This document shows positions 1 to 12,394 of a DNA stretch of 64,000 nucleotides, piece by piece. The stretch's first letter is position 1. The number at the start of each line of letters is the position of its first letter. The notes beneath the pieces are model-generated. The model did no database searches. It was not told the DNA's origin and saw only the letters and a list, made by a program, of their open reading frames with translations. Location: NCBI GenBank assembly GCA_900617105.1, contig UYFQ01000710.1, forward strand, positions 1 through 64,000, read 5' to 3'. Both the position numbers and the translations under genes were made by a program. Source of the stretch: Hydrurus foetidus. Taxonomy: Eukaryota.

Positions 1-70
1 GTTCCGATCCAACTTGTCCTCGAACCTTGAAACCGGGTACACTGATGATTTATTGCCTTCAATCCATCAC

Positions 71-220
71 GACACTTAACTGTGACACTTATCTTTGACA
101 CTTATCTTTGACACTTATCTGTGACACTTCACTGTGACACTTAACTGTGACACTTATCTTTGACACTTATCTGTGACACTTAACCGTGACACTTATCATT
201 AAGTGTCACAGTTAAGTGTG
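71..220. repeat. 13-bp minisatellite (GACACTTA(T/A)CT(G/T)T), ~10 copies, followed by inverted copies
   Basis: Tandem gacacttaactgt/gacacttatcttt/gacacttatctgt units at 71-197, then taagtgtcacagttaagtgt (reverse complement) at ~200-220. Confidence 0.9.
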
Positions 221-338
221 ACGCTTATCCGTGACACGTATCTAAGAGGCCTCTGAGGAAATTGCTGACATCACAGAAGCACTAAATGGAATTATTCGCC
301 GCTAGTATTATTTCTAGTTACACAGAGGAAAGTCGACT

Positions 339-3300
339 CTACTCTTTACTACCTTCCATCAATTTCATTTCTTTTCCTAAACAGTTGATCACATCTACGC
401 TCGACATGGATCGGTCGTGAACACTGAAGGCCTTCTCGCTGCTCCTTTTAGTCAACGCACTCGCCCACAGAGCACCCCATATAAACGGATTCTCAGCATT
501 ATCACCCACACCAAGAATACCATTTCCATCATTTTCAATATTGAACGGATCAGTCGGATTTAGTTTAACATACTTTCCGGTCCAACAGGCCGTAACTCCC
601 AAACACCCGGCCAATATGTCGCCCTGTCCCCCGCTTCTTTTCGGAGATCCTATAGCATCGGTACTGTACACTTTACGACCCGCTGACACCAAATCTTTTT
701 GCCCTACAGATATCAGTAAACAAATGGGGAAGTAAATGAAATAAATAAATGAAGAGAAGGATAGAGTAAATAAATCAACAAATATATTCATGAATGATAA
801 AATGTATATATACATAATTCAAAAAATAATGTATTTACGAACTGGTAAATAACAAGTGAGCGGAATTACAGTGTAGCCGGTAATAGTTTTTAAGAAATGG
901 TATTCTTTTGTGATTTTGATTTTTAATGAACAGTAATGTCAATTTCTGGTAATAAGTTGCTCTTCGGCAAATAGTGTACAAAAAAATCCTCTAGAAATGA
1001 AATTAAAAAAAATCGGTCGATATCCAAACACGATGACATAAGAAACTTTCACCTTTTTTAATTATGACAACATTTCCTAACGCAATGCTCAGGAATTGCA
1101 CTTGTTCTTCTTTTTCAAGCGACGCTAAACCGTTTAAAATATTACGTACTTGTTCCAAAGAACATTCTTCAAGCTCCTTAGGAACTTTTCTGTATTCAGA
1201 GCATTCTTCGGCAACGTTGTTTTCAATGGATTTCAACCTAAATTCATCTTCTTTTTCTCCTTTTCCTTCTCTTTCCGGTGCTGTTCTTGTCTCTTCTTTT
1301 CTCAGTACGAGCAGTTTAGAGTAGTACAGCTTCGCAGCATTTATCAAACGATCGAACTCGGGAGCATTGGGAGAAAGGATGCATCTGAAAGAAATGAATG
1401 TGTTAGGTATCATCAATGTGGATAGATTGCACGGGAGAGCTTATCCTGAGTTACATGGTCACAAACAAACAGAATAGAGTAGAGGAGACTTGGTCAAATT
1501 GTAGTGCAAAGAAGATGATATGAGACGAGAAATAGAGTGAGCAACATGACTGAGATATTGTCCATAACAATCGCAACAGCAGCAGAGTAGTTGCGAAACT
1601 GCACAAAAAATAGAGCAAGAAAAAGAGAATAAAAACGGTCGAAATGAAGTGAATGACATCAATCGAAATTCAATTCAATCTTATGGTCGTAGACATGTAA
1701 TTGCCAGAAGAATAAGCCGCTCACCGCTCATATCCATACACTAATTCGATATTCTTTGAAACCAGATATAATGCATCAGCATCCAGTACGATGCTTGGGG
1801 AGAGGATGATAAATAGGGGGGAAGGAGGGGGGAAGAGGATAGGGATGTGAAGAAGAAAGGAGGGGGGGGGAGAGGAGAAGAGGAAGAGTTATTGGGGAAA
1901 TGAAAGAGAGGAAGTTGGAGAGGGGTTAGTATAGTACAGTATAGTACAGTGCAGTATAGTATAGTACAGTATGGTATATTAGAATCGCGTGTCAGATTAC
2001 AATACAAATAGCACAGCACAGCACAGTCTTGTATGATGCAGCGTCACTCATTGGAGAAGTGTGCGGTGCCGTGCTTTACTTCTCTCTTATTCTCTCCTCA
2101 TCCCTCACACTATATAAATTCGTACGTGCAGTCTCTCCTACTCTCTCCCTCTGAACTCTATCACTCCCTTTCTCTCTCTCCCACTATATCATGTATCTCT
2201 CTCTCTCTCTCTCTAACTCCCTTCTGCACTGCACTGTACCTTTTCTCCGCCAGCCTTGCCTCTTTTATGATTTCAGCCACCGCTGAAAGGACTACTATAT
2301 TCCGCCCTAGACCAGGTCCGATTACGATGGAATCGAGTCTAGTGTAGATAATGAAAGAAAGTATTGTTGTATCAGTTACAATTGCATCACACTTTTTGAA
2401 TATCAGAGGTGCACTGCACTGTACAGTCTCAGCATAATGTCACTCAGGAAAAAGGGATAAAGGGTGGAGGATAATGAATTATCAATCATTATCTTCCCTC
2501 TCCGCGTTATTTTGTTGTAAAGAAAAACACATACGCACCTGCTGAAACTGCTGGTGACTCGAGAAGCTAATAATTTTGCGGTCTAATGTAAGCAGTATGA
2601 AGAACAGTAAGATTATCTTAATAGGTTAGGAAAATGGAGGTACTAGATCCTGTAATCATACGAAATAGATTTTAGATAAAGGTATTCTTTCTGCACAACT
2701 ACAAACATAGTTGCAGTTGTATTTCACGGTGAGGAAGATAGGTTTTAGTAACATCAAGTGAAGTTTACATGGGACTATTGATGTAAGTCTTGACAACAAA
2801 ATCGTATGAGAAATAAAGTGAGTGCTATATATTCTTATTGTGTCAAATAAGCTGTTGCGGAACGAATTGTGAGAGCAGAAAGTTGGGCTGATTGTCTGAC
2901 AAATGTGCAATTACTGATACAGAAAAGCAAGACTCGTGTCGTACACTTATGTTTTCCTGCACGTATGACACTCTATAACAATAGATCCACAACACCACAC
3001 AATGCACACAGCAACACGTAAAGATGCACTATTTTCAAGAATGCGATCTCAGAGATCATCATACGAGAAGTAGAAAAGTAACGTAGTGCGCACGTGTTGC
3101 TGTGTGGTTATGTGCGTATTCAGCATTATGGTGCATACAATCAACCGCACAACATGAGACTTGATAAGCAATAAGCAATATCCTGGTGTTTGAGTCTAAA
3201 GATGTAGATGTTATTTTTGAATTGATCAGTGCTACTTGTGATAATAATTGGTGACAATTGATTTCCTATCGGACAAAGAAAGAGCAGACTGGACTGTACA

Positions 3301-4355
3301 TGATTTGACTGCTTTATACTAGACTCCGCACACACCTTCCTAAGGTTCTCATCACAATTCTCAGCACCATACTCTTCCTCATCGTCGGTTTCGCTTTTAG
3401 AATAGAAGGAAGACACCATGAGTTCTGGTGAGAATATCTTGATAGGAATAGAAGCTTCTTCTGCGCAGAACACTGTACACAGGTCACATCCCATTTTCAG
3501 AGCGGAAACAGCTGCGTAGTACGGAGCGCCTGTATATTGATACAGGAGATTTAGTAGTCAAATTAAACGTAATTAGGAGTGATTATCAGGAAGCAGGATT
3601 TGAGTAGGACCAGAAAGATGAGAGGAATAGGATCTGATACACAATTGTCATGCTGCGAAATCTGAGATTCTGTAATCAATTGATCGCGTATAAGAATCAG
3701 AGGGACATTCAGTCATCTACTGTAAAATTTCAAATGAGAAGCAAAAATGATAACCACAGCATCAGAAGAAGAAAAGGCCGTATAGAGCAAATGCATCGAA
3801 GATAGCAGACTATGGTTTGTACAATTTGTGCCACATTTACCGGTGTAAACGGGTGAACCTCCAATGACCCCGATTCTGCCACTGTCACCTGATTAAATAT
3901 ATCAGTGTCGAAAACATAGTGTGGTGGTGGAATGGAGTGAATCAGAATCAAAGCGTGTCTCCATATTGGAAGTTCATAATGAGTTAATGGAGCTGACTCA
4001 ACAGCTAGTGATGCACGTGAATCGCGTATTCAGAGGCCCCCTATGAGAAGCGCATCGATTTCTCAACACCAACTGCATTATTTGACATGGAATCAGGCAC
4101 TGAGAATTGATTATAATCACCTTTTCGAGACGAGTAGGACAATTCCGGAATAGCTACGCGAAACATTTCAAGAACGTCAAAATTTCTCTTTTCATCAAAG
4201 CTTTCGGATCCAGCAGAAGTGCACCTCAGCGACATCGAACTGGCTTTACTTACAGCAGGAAATATGAAGAGGGACTTTACAGCTGGAAGGAACATTCTTG
4301 ATCGAATTTTGTGTAGTAAAGTTGGCGAGCTGAAGGAAGCAAATCTCCTCAACAT
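339..4355 (-). CDS. NAXD: ATP-dependent (S)-NAD(P)H-hydrate dehydratase (carbohydrate kinase family), multi-exon, N-terminal mitochondrial-type presequence
   Basis: Spliced motifs: [43 protein letters not shown] (exons ~4119-4355, 3841-3888, from ~3529), VIGPGLGR (~2300), [12 protein letters not shown] (~1370), [21 protein letters not shown] (~640). GT-AG introns. Some internal boundaries are approximate. Confidence 0.92.
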
Positions 4356-4546
4356 TTTGTACCTGCGAGCAGTCTCGTACGAATATTGTCAAGATTTACC
4401 GTCACTGACACAACGGCGCAACACCTTAGAACAACTCGTAACTGTCAAACTGTCATTACACATGTCATCTGCTTCATATACATACAACTCTTGAAGACAC
4501 TTTCAGCCTTTAGTACCATTTGTGACAGTTTGTCAGCAGGAGAATC
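4356..4546. promoter_or_regulatory. Putative bidirectional promoter between head-to-head NAXD and ALG8
   Basis: The divergent start codons are only ~190 bp apart. This is inferred from the gene layout; no specific motif was identified. Confidence 0.5.
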
Positions 4547-7500
4547 ATGTCTTCCACCCAATTCGTTGCCATCGCACTCCTCGCAACGGCAGTAAAAGTT
4601 CTACTGATTCCTTGTTATCACAGCACCGATCTCGAAGTGCACAGAAATTGGATGGCAATAACATATTCCCTACCAATGAAAAGTTGGTATGTGGAGGCAA
4701 CTTCTGAGTGGACATTGGATTATCCGCCTTTTTTTGCCTACTTCGAGTGGCTTCTAGCTCAGATTGCCGCTCGTATTGACGAAAGCATCGTAAAGGTTTG
4801 TCTAATATGATACTTTCATGTTTTCAGCTCATAGTTGCTAATCAGTCCAAAGATTTCGTTCGAATGGTCATAATCTTGGCTTTGTCGGCACATTGTGTCA
4901 ATTCTCAAAGCAGATTTCGGAGCTGCCCTATGAAAGCGCTGAAACATTGGTGTTCCAAAGATGCTCCGTCATATTGAGTGATTTCGTGCTTATTTATGCA
5001 GCATGGCGATTCGTACACTCTCGTTTACCTTCCGACATAGCAGCTACCAATTCCCACGCTTTCGCCGAGATGAACAGAAAGCAGGAAATATTTGCGATAA
5101 CTGTCTTGAACATTGGTCTCCTGCTGGTAGACCATGTCCACTTCCAGTACAATGGCTTACTACTCGGGCTACTGATTCTATCATTTGATGCCGCTAACAG
5201 AGGCAACCATATCGTGATGACTACTTACTTCTGTGTACTGGTTCTCATGAAGCACCTCTTCGTATTCTTTGTTCCTATCTTCGGGGTCTATTTACTTCGT
5301 ACGTACTGTCGGTGGACTGGTATTACAATCACATCTGGGATAAATTATCAGAGCACTCCTGGAGATGCAAAAATCAAGACTCTGGAAGTTCCTGACTGCG
5401 ATAATTCGACACCTATTTCTCCGGAAATCCGTTCTGCCTCTCCTACTTCTCCATCTACTCCTATAGCAGCAAATGGTGCCACTTCAAATCCTAAAAAGGA
5501 AAAGAAAAAGGAGACTTTCACAGCTGAAAATGTCAAATCAGCCCCTTTGAATAAGATGGATCCATTGGATAAGGAGCCATTTAATGAAGTAAGGGGAAAG
5601 AGGGAAATGCAATCCAGCAAACAGTTTTGTTCTCGATTTTTGATTTTGGTGTTCATGGCGGTTACAGCTTTGACTGTTGCATTTGCACCGTTTTTACTCA
5701 AATTTCCACCATCACAGCAGATTAGAAACAGTCAGACAACTGTCAGAAATTCCATTTTTACAAAGAAAGAAAATGAAATTGAAGCATTGAAAGAGAAAAA
5801 GAAAATTCCGATAATGAAGACGAGAAGGTGCTGAATAACATAGTAGGTGAAAGAAAGAACATTAGAGAGATGGTCGCAGAAGAGAAATCCTCTTTCTCTC
5901 CTCTCGAATATTTTGACGTCGCTCAACTGCAGCATATTATTGGCCGACTATTTCCATTTGGCCGTGGACTGGTTCATGCATACTGGGCTCCAAATGTATG
6001 GGCGATTTATTGCGGGACAGATAAAATCATGTACATGCTGATACGAAAACACGACAAAATCGTTGAAATGACAATTGTCAAATACAGAGCCTTTTCGCAC
6101 TTTTTGAATCAAAAACGGTTTCTCATGGAGAATATTTTCTCACGGAATTTCAATGATTTCGGTAGTTATTTGATTAAGAAATGGGACAAAAACGATGTGA
6201 TAATGTTGACAATGTTTAGGATTTCAAATAGTGGGAATATATTGAGAAACAAGACAAATATTGTATTAGGAGAAATTAAAAATAAAATTTCCGTAAAAAT
6301 TAGAGAATTAACCAAATCCGAAAGATTTGAAAAATCGAAGAAAAAAATCACAAAATATTTCCGGGAGAAAATGGATCTGAATTTGAAAGGGAAAAAGTCC
6401 TCATCTTCTGGAATAATTGGAGATTTTAGACTTTTTATTCTACCTGACATATCCGCTCTCACCTCTCTGCTTTTCACGATTATAAGCTTGATTCCGTGTT
6501 TTTATGTGCTAATTTTCAATAGAGGAACGAAAGATAGAAGAAATGGAATCAGTCCACACGCAAAAACTACGACAGAAAATCAAAATCAAAATGTAGAAGG
6601 AAAAGAAAGAGGAAAAGAAAGAGGAAAAGAAAATGAGAAAAAACAAGATCGAATTGATGCGAAAAAAGAAGTAGTAGATCATTTAATAAGAAACAACTTA
6701 AAAGTAACAAAAGAAACGAAGCGTAAACTAAATGTAAATGGTTCTAAAACAAATAAAAATGCAACGGGAAATATTGCGGTTGATTTAACTCATCCACATA
6801 ATAACAGTACAGCCAAAAGTGATGAAAAAAATGGAAAGAAGAAAGACATGAATCATTCAAGTGATGTCCGTACAAATGACACTCTACTCAGTACGTGCTC
6901 AATCAGTGCACATCCATCGCACAGTCACACTCTATACCCTCCAATCTCTCCATCATTATCATCGACATACGTACATACATCTCCCAGTCCGGAGCTGCTT
7001 GTACGTGCTGTGCTGTACGGCTCACTGAGCACCTTTATGTTAGGATATCACGTGCATGAAAAAGCAATCTTAGTACCGTGGGTGTGTAGTGGACTTTTGG
7101 TATTTAAGTCTGAGAGATACTCCGTATTATTCTTGAGGCTAAGTGCGATTGGAGGATTTTGTTTGTTTCCTTTATTCACTGGCCTGGACGAACTAATGAT
7201 TAAATGTAAGTGACAAGTATCAAGATTAGATTTACGCTCTATTAAATTTTATACTCTGCATCTTATTCCCGTTTCCTTATTTCTTTTTGTTGTTGCTGTG
7301 TATCATCATCAGTATTTCTTTTGTTGCTACCTCCTTCTATGTCTATTTTTTATCTTAAACAATTATTCAATTGCCCACTTAACTTTCTATTATCTACTTT
7401 TTGCTTATTTTTCTTATCATCCTAATCTTTTTCTTTCTCGGTCCCTTTGCATTCTCTTCTTCTTTTTTTCAATACGACTTTTCTCTTCTTTTCTCTCTCT

Positions 7501-8038
7501 TCTTTCTCCTCCGCTTGCAAGAGAATATTCAAACTCTTCTTTTTTTTTTCAGAATTTGCTTTGTCTCATCTATCACTTCTCCACTTTTCGAACATCATTA
7601 CTTCGAACATTGCCATATTCTTCACGTCTCAATTATGTTGATTTTCTTCCTTTCATCAATAGCGCTTCTTCTCCTGTCATATGTCTCCGCGTGTTGGAGG
7701 TTGTTACAACGTGAGACTACCAACTATACATGGTGAGTGAAAGATACATATAATAAATGACAAATGAATTGACCGATTTTTCATGCCACATTCTACTTCT
7801 AATTTTTAACTTTTTTTTAAAATTTAGGTCACTCGGATCGCAATTTTCAATTTTATTTTTGGTGTATATTTTCACGGAAATAATACATCCATACTATTTC
7901 GTATATGTTCCATCATTAAAGAATGATCCTGCAACTGAAATAGTTTTGCCTTTTTTGCCACTAATGTTGACATCATGCACGTGTGCTGCATTATTGATAC
8001 CTTGTTGGCTCGAGTCTGCTTTCCTTCTACTAGAATAG
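4547..8038 (+). CDS. ALG8: Dolichyl-P-Glc:Glc1Man9GlcNAc2-PP-dolichol alpha-1,3-glucosyltransferase (ALG6/ALG8 family), multi-exon, with an apparent 1-nt frameshift near 5790-5805
   Basis: Motifs [82 protein letters not shown]. Introns ~4796-4912 and downstream of 7205. Confidence 0.92.
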
Positions 8039-8358
8039 AACGGTAATTTAAATTCGCACTTGGCCCCTTCTTTTTCGTCTTTTTATTCTGGAGAAACGAG
8101 GAGACTCACCTATGAAGCAATTCAAATGCAGGTTTTTCCCGCTTAAGTGCAATTACAGTCATAGTTTTAGTTCTCTTGAGGATGATCAATGTTTCAATAA
8201 TTTCCGTCGCTACTCGGTCCAGGGTCTGTCTGGGATCTTCAACTTCACTTCCAAATGTTTCATGCTGCCGCTGACCGCATACTTTTCATTTTCCATTTCA
8301 AGTGACGTTTTCAAGTAAATTGTCTCGTCGGTGTAACGCAATGTGCAACGTCCACTGA

Positions 8359-8883
8359 ATGTGCAAGCAGCAACATAACATATGCAACACTTTGAACGAC
8401 TCCATACCATTATCTCGGACGGTCTCACTGCCGTCAGAAGTAATCCTTGGCTCACCTTTTGATATTAACATGACTGAAATTTATGGACGACTTGAGGAAC
8501 CTGAGTCACGATCTTACACGAGGGGGACCAGATTCAATCTACCTTGGATATCAGCGAGAATCAGCAACTGCAGAATGCCACTCTCGCAACGGCAAGAGGA
8601 GTTCAGCCAGCAGGAATCAAGTTGTAATCCGATGTTCAACCAAATGATCGACTCAAACGGTAAATCGCTTCACCAAGAAGACGCCCTCGTCACATCCTCG
8701 GACACTGTTGAAAACGACGATTCGCCACCTGTTCCTTACTCGCTAGACGACTCCATCATGATCCAAAATTTCCATGACCACGACCGTAATATTCTCTTCC
8801 GAACTCCGGCATCGACCACTAATGTGAAGATTCCATTCTTCCATTCCATCATGAATGCCTTATTTATGATGTATCACAAATAA
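8359..8883 (+). CDS. Hypothetical protein
   Basis: 174-aa hydrophilic ORF with no recognisable motif. Confidence 0.3.
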   Translation: MCKQQHNICNTLNDSIPLSRTVSLPSEVILGSPFDINMTEIYGRLEEPESRSYTRGTRFNLPWISARISNCRMPLSQRQEEFSQQESSCNPMFNQMIDSNGKSLHQEDALVTSSDTVENDDSPPVPYSLDDSIMIQNFHDHDRNILFRTPASTTNVKIPFFHSIMNALFMMYHK

Positions 8884-9633
8884 TTCTCTTATCCAGAAGA
8901 CGGCCCACTAACTGTTTAACAAAAGGAAATAATCGAATTTCATCACAATCTTCTTCGTACTGACAACAGAATTAGTTGTGAAACATAGTCATGTTATCCA
9001 ATCGTAAATTTTGTAGCAGATATAACTGGATGTAATAAATCAATTCCTATTCTTGACCATCCGTTAAGATTTCTTTTTCTCATGAAAAACTCTGTGAAAT
9101 CGCGCGGTCTAATTGTGGATAATGCTACGAAAGGAGTCTTACTCAGTCAAGGTTGAGAGCTCTTTTGGTGGTACGGTACGGAAAGCATTTGATTTCATAT
9201 TTTGTCCCGTGCAAGATGATGATATCCATCTCTACCGCCGTTATGTATCGTAGCAGTAATGTACAGTAAGATGTAGGAGAATTTTGGAATTGACGATTGA
9301 GTCCATCGCGCAACAGAATTATCTGTGGGATGGGAGTAATCACTTTCAATCAACCCGGTGTCAAGTACAGAAGAAGGAAGATCCTGTTCAGTGATTCTGC
9401 TGTTTGTACGACAGCCCTACAGAATGGCACCAGCCACTGCTACCTCGAAGTGTCCTTGATCGGGGAGGATACGATGGTCATGCGTACTCTACAGCTTAAC
9501 CAATCCCATCCACAAAGCAACTTAGTGCTAATGTAGTATGCACTGCACTGCACTCAGCAGAGCAGAGCAGAGCAGAGCCATCGATATCGATAGCTAAAAG
9601 TTATTCTGTGCGATGGCATGTGGCCATCTTGCT

Positions 9634-10551
9634 TCATGGCAGCCACACTAGCATAGATGCTATCAGCACGATAACGAGATATTTGACCCTGCAGAAGTCG
9701 TGACTGCTTCGTGCATCGCCCCTCACAGCTGGCGTGCAGATGGGCTCCTCCTCCCCTGTTTTCTTCCTGAATTTGTTTTGTACAAATGGCTGACCTGGGA
9801 AATACTCTCGTAAATAAGTCGTATTGCCATCGTTTGTTTTTGAGATACTCTCAGGGAAGTAACTATTGAAGAATTTAGTGTCACCACACCGCCACAGTTT
9901 CGATTCATACCCACAAGTGATGAAGAAATTCTCACAAGCTGATTTGCACGTAGGAAGCGTTTCATCAGTAGATGGATCACACCTTGGAAAGTTTATCCAG
10001 CAGAAATAGTTTAGGAATGCATTCTGACAGTCCTGTGCCTTATAGAACCTAACTTTCACATGTCCGGGATCGCCAAATTCATTAACGTTCATGTTGAAAA
10101 GAGTTTTATTTCTCTCATATCCTATTCTCAGACTAAGTTGATTCAAAGCATTCTCGGCCACCCAGTTATCCTTATTGAGCACAGTGTGGTTATTAAATCG
10201 TCCCTCCGGAAATTCTCTCGATGGAGGAATAGTCTACTTCATAATTTGTTTTGCGATGTAAAAGCTTTCGAGATTAAAGTTAGCAGATTCCAAATGAGAA
10301 TGGTCATAATAAGCATAGGGATAATTATCCCCCAAATAGATGATACCGTCATGCTCAGTAATAGATACCTGATGCTGTGGAACACAAGCAGGAAACTGGA
10401 TAGCGTTTTTGCCACAGAATGGCATATTAATGGCCCTCCATTCCGCATCTTGAGATTCAGTTGTGCATCTTCCAGAGTCCGTCCCCCAGATGTAGCAACC
10501 ATCAGTTCTGATAAGTGCTAGACTAAAGAGCAATAGGAGTATCGAATGCAT
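9634..10551 (-). CDS. Secreted, probably GPI-anchored cysteine-rich protein with a Mid1/FAM155/frizzled-like CRD (2 exons: 10551-10369, 10233-9634; ~260 aa)
   Basis: Signal peptide MHSILLLLFSLALIRTDG; phase-0 GT-AG intron 10368-10234; MPFC..IQFPACVP, DCQNAFLNYFCWINFPRC, LPTCKSACENFFITC; hydrophobic C-terminal tail. Confidence 0.75.
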
Positions 10552-11206
10552 AGTCACAGTGCCACAACAAGGAGAGTTTCAAGCGATTTCTCTCCAGCCT
10601 CAAAAGCGCGGTCTCACACAGAGAGGGAATGGTGAAAGCAGCATCAAACCATGAATCTTTCGTCGGTTATTGCCCAAGGACGATGGTTTCTTCACTGTGC
10701 CGTAGAGAAGCGAAGTTAGGCAAGTCGCAGTTATAGTCGAAGGTCGAAGTGCCCATGAAAAATGAGAGCGGTTTCAGGCTGTAACGTTCGAGAAGATAGC
10801 TAGGGGCTACGCTAAAGAAGAGATCCCGTGATATTTGGTGTCGAATCTTCCATCTTCCCGATGGAGTCCACTATGTATATTATCCTAATCCCAACCAACT
10901 CAACTCCTTCAATTAGTGAATAATGACATTTTTATTTTTAGTTAATAGAATTAGAAGTTGTTTGGTTTAGTCTCCTATTTCCACAGCATATATTTGAAAA
11001 AATATGTAAAGTTGAGGAGTTGAAAAAAGAAACGTCTTCCTTCTTTGGCAAGCGATCAGATCTTCGTCCGCGACATTTCCGATTTCAAATAATTGTAATG
11101 CATTCTTCAAAAATTTGTGGAGCAGTTTGAGCATTCCAGAAACCTGCCCGATGGTAGGATTTCTATTTTCCGTCAAGGATGATAAACAAAGATTCAAGGA
11201 GGATAT

Positions 11207-12394
11207 CTATTCTGATCCGAAGAATGCTCCCTTTCCAACACCGAAGTTGGTGAGTCTCTCAACGACCTGCATTTGATGTGGTGCAGGATTATGATGTTGT
11301 CTGTCGAGTTAGGCAGGGAAAGGCGGAGGCAGCGGAGCTGATGTCTCGTCAGAATGATAAGATACGAGGAAATGTCATGATTAATCTATGAAAAGACGCT
11401 AACGATAACATTGCTTGTATTCTGATGCTGATGATATCCATGTCGTTCAATTCAATCATCAAAGCGGAAAGGAAGACGCATGTCACAAGTGAGAGATAAA
11501 TAAATTCCTAAGAATGAAGACAAACCTGAGAATGTCTCGCGACAACGCACTTGCAAAGATCCTTCACAGAGAACATGCTCACAATCTTTCCGGACTTGTC
11601 GCGTACGAGTAAATGGCGGATATCTCTTGAGAGAACCTAGGATACGGAATATTCGTTAAAAGAAGTCAAGTGCTGCTACCCCTTCTGACATCCCCTGATG
11701 GAGTCAAGCAAACATGACAAGCGGTTACACGTATCTTCATACCTTTCTCATGCACTCATCGACAGTCTCGTCCTCACTGACGGTCACAAGGTTGGCGTCA
11801 CCGTGTGTGCAGATCTGAATCACGGGTGTAGTCTTCGAGGCCTTGCCTAGAAGGGCTACCTTCGTGAGGTAGTCTCTCTCACTAACAACACCGATGATCT
11901 TGGTGTGATCTGATGCTGAGACAACAGCAAGAGCGCCTATTCTGTTGGCAGCCATTCTGTGAAGTCCAGTTCATTTCTGTGGTTAGCTTCTAGGAAGGGC
12001 AACTTCAAGATCTAAAAGAGCACTTGATTCAGCGATTGCATGATGCGTACAATCAGTATTACCTTTTGATGGCTTCGTAGACGGGTACATCCTCGGCGAT
12101 TTTGAAGTCAATGTTCAAGAAGCAACTCTGAGCAAATATGTGGAGAAAAGGTGTGACGTCAGAGTAAGACTCAACAATACACTGTCAAAACATTAGAATA
12201 GCAAACGCAGTTGACAAGAGTGGACAAAGCGGCGGAATCGATATCGAGTTAAAAATTGAGACCTTTGCAACAGCGTCTTTTGCGCAATAACTGAGTGCTG
12301 CCTCTGTTGGGATCTCTGGGCCTCCAGAAAGAGATCTGAATGGCGCTTGTTTGGCAGCAACGGATGCGACACGACGGATAGCGACGAAAGACAT
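11207..12394 (-). CDS. CBS-domain (Bateman) protein, CBSX3-like, with mitochondrial-type presequence, 5 exons
   Basis: MSFVAIRRVASVAAKQAPFRSLS presequence; MAANRIGALAVV...IIGVVSERDYLTKV; IRHLLV...GMFSVKDLCKCVV; ends GKGAFFGSE*. Confidence 0.85.

Noticed and set aside
71..240. CRISPR-like array
   Set aside because: The units are contiguous 13-mers without unique spacers, there are no cas genes, and the context is eukaryotic.
5790..5810. Programmed ribosomal frameshift in ALG8
   Set aside because: There is no canonical slippery heptamer with a downstream structure; a homopolymer error is simpler.
7298..7736. Phe/Leu/Ser-rich ORFs resembling membrane proteins
   Set aside because: They are mostly pyrimidine-rich ALG8 intron sequence; at most a short internal exon is real.
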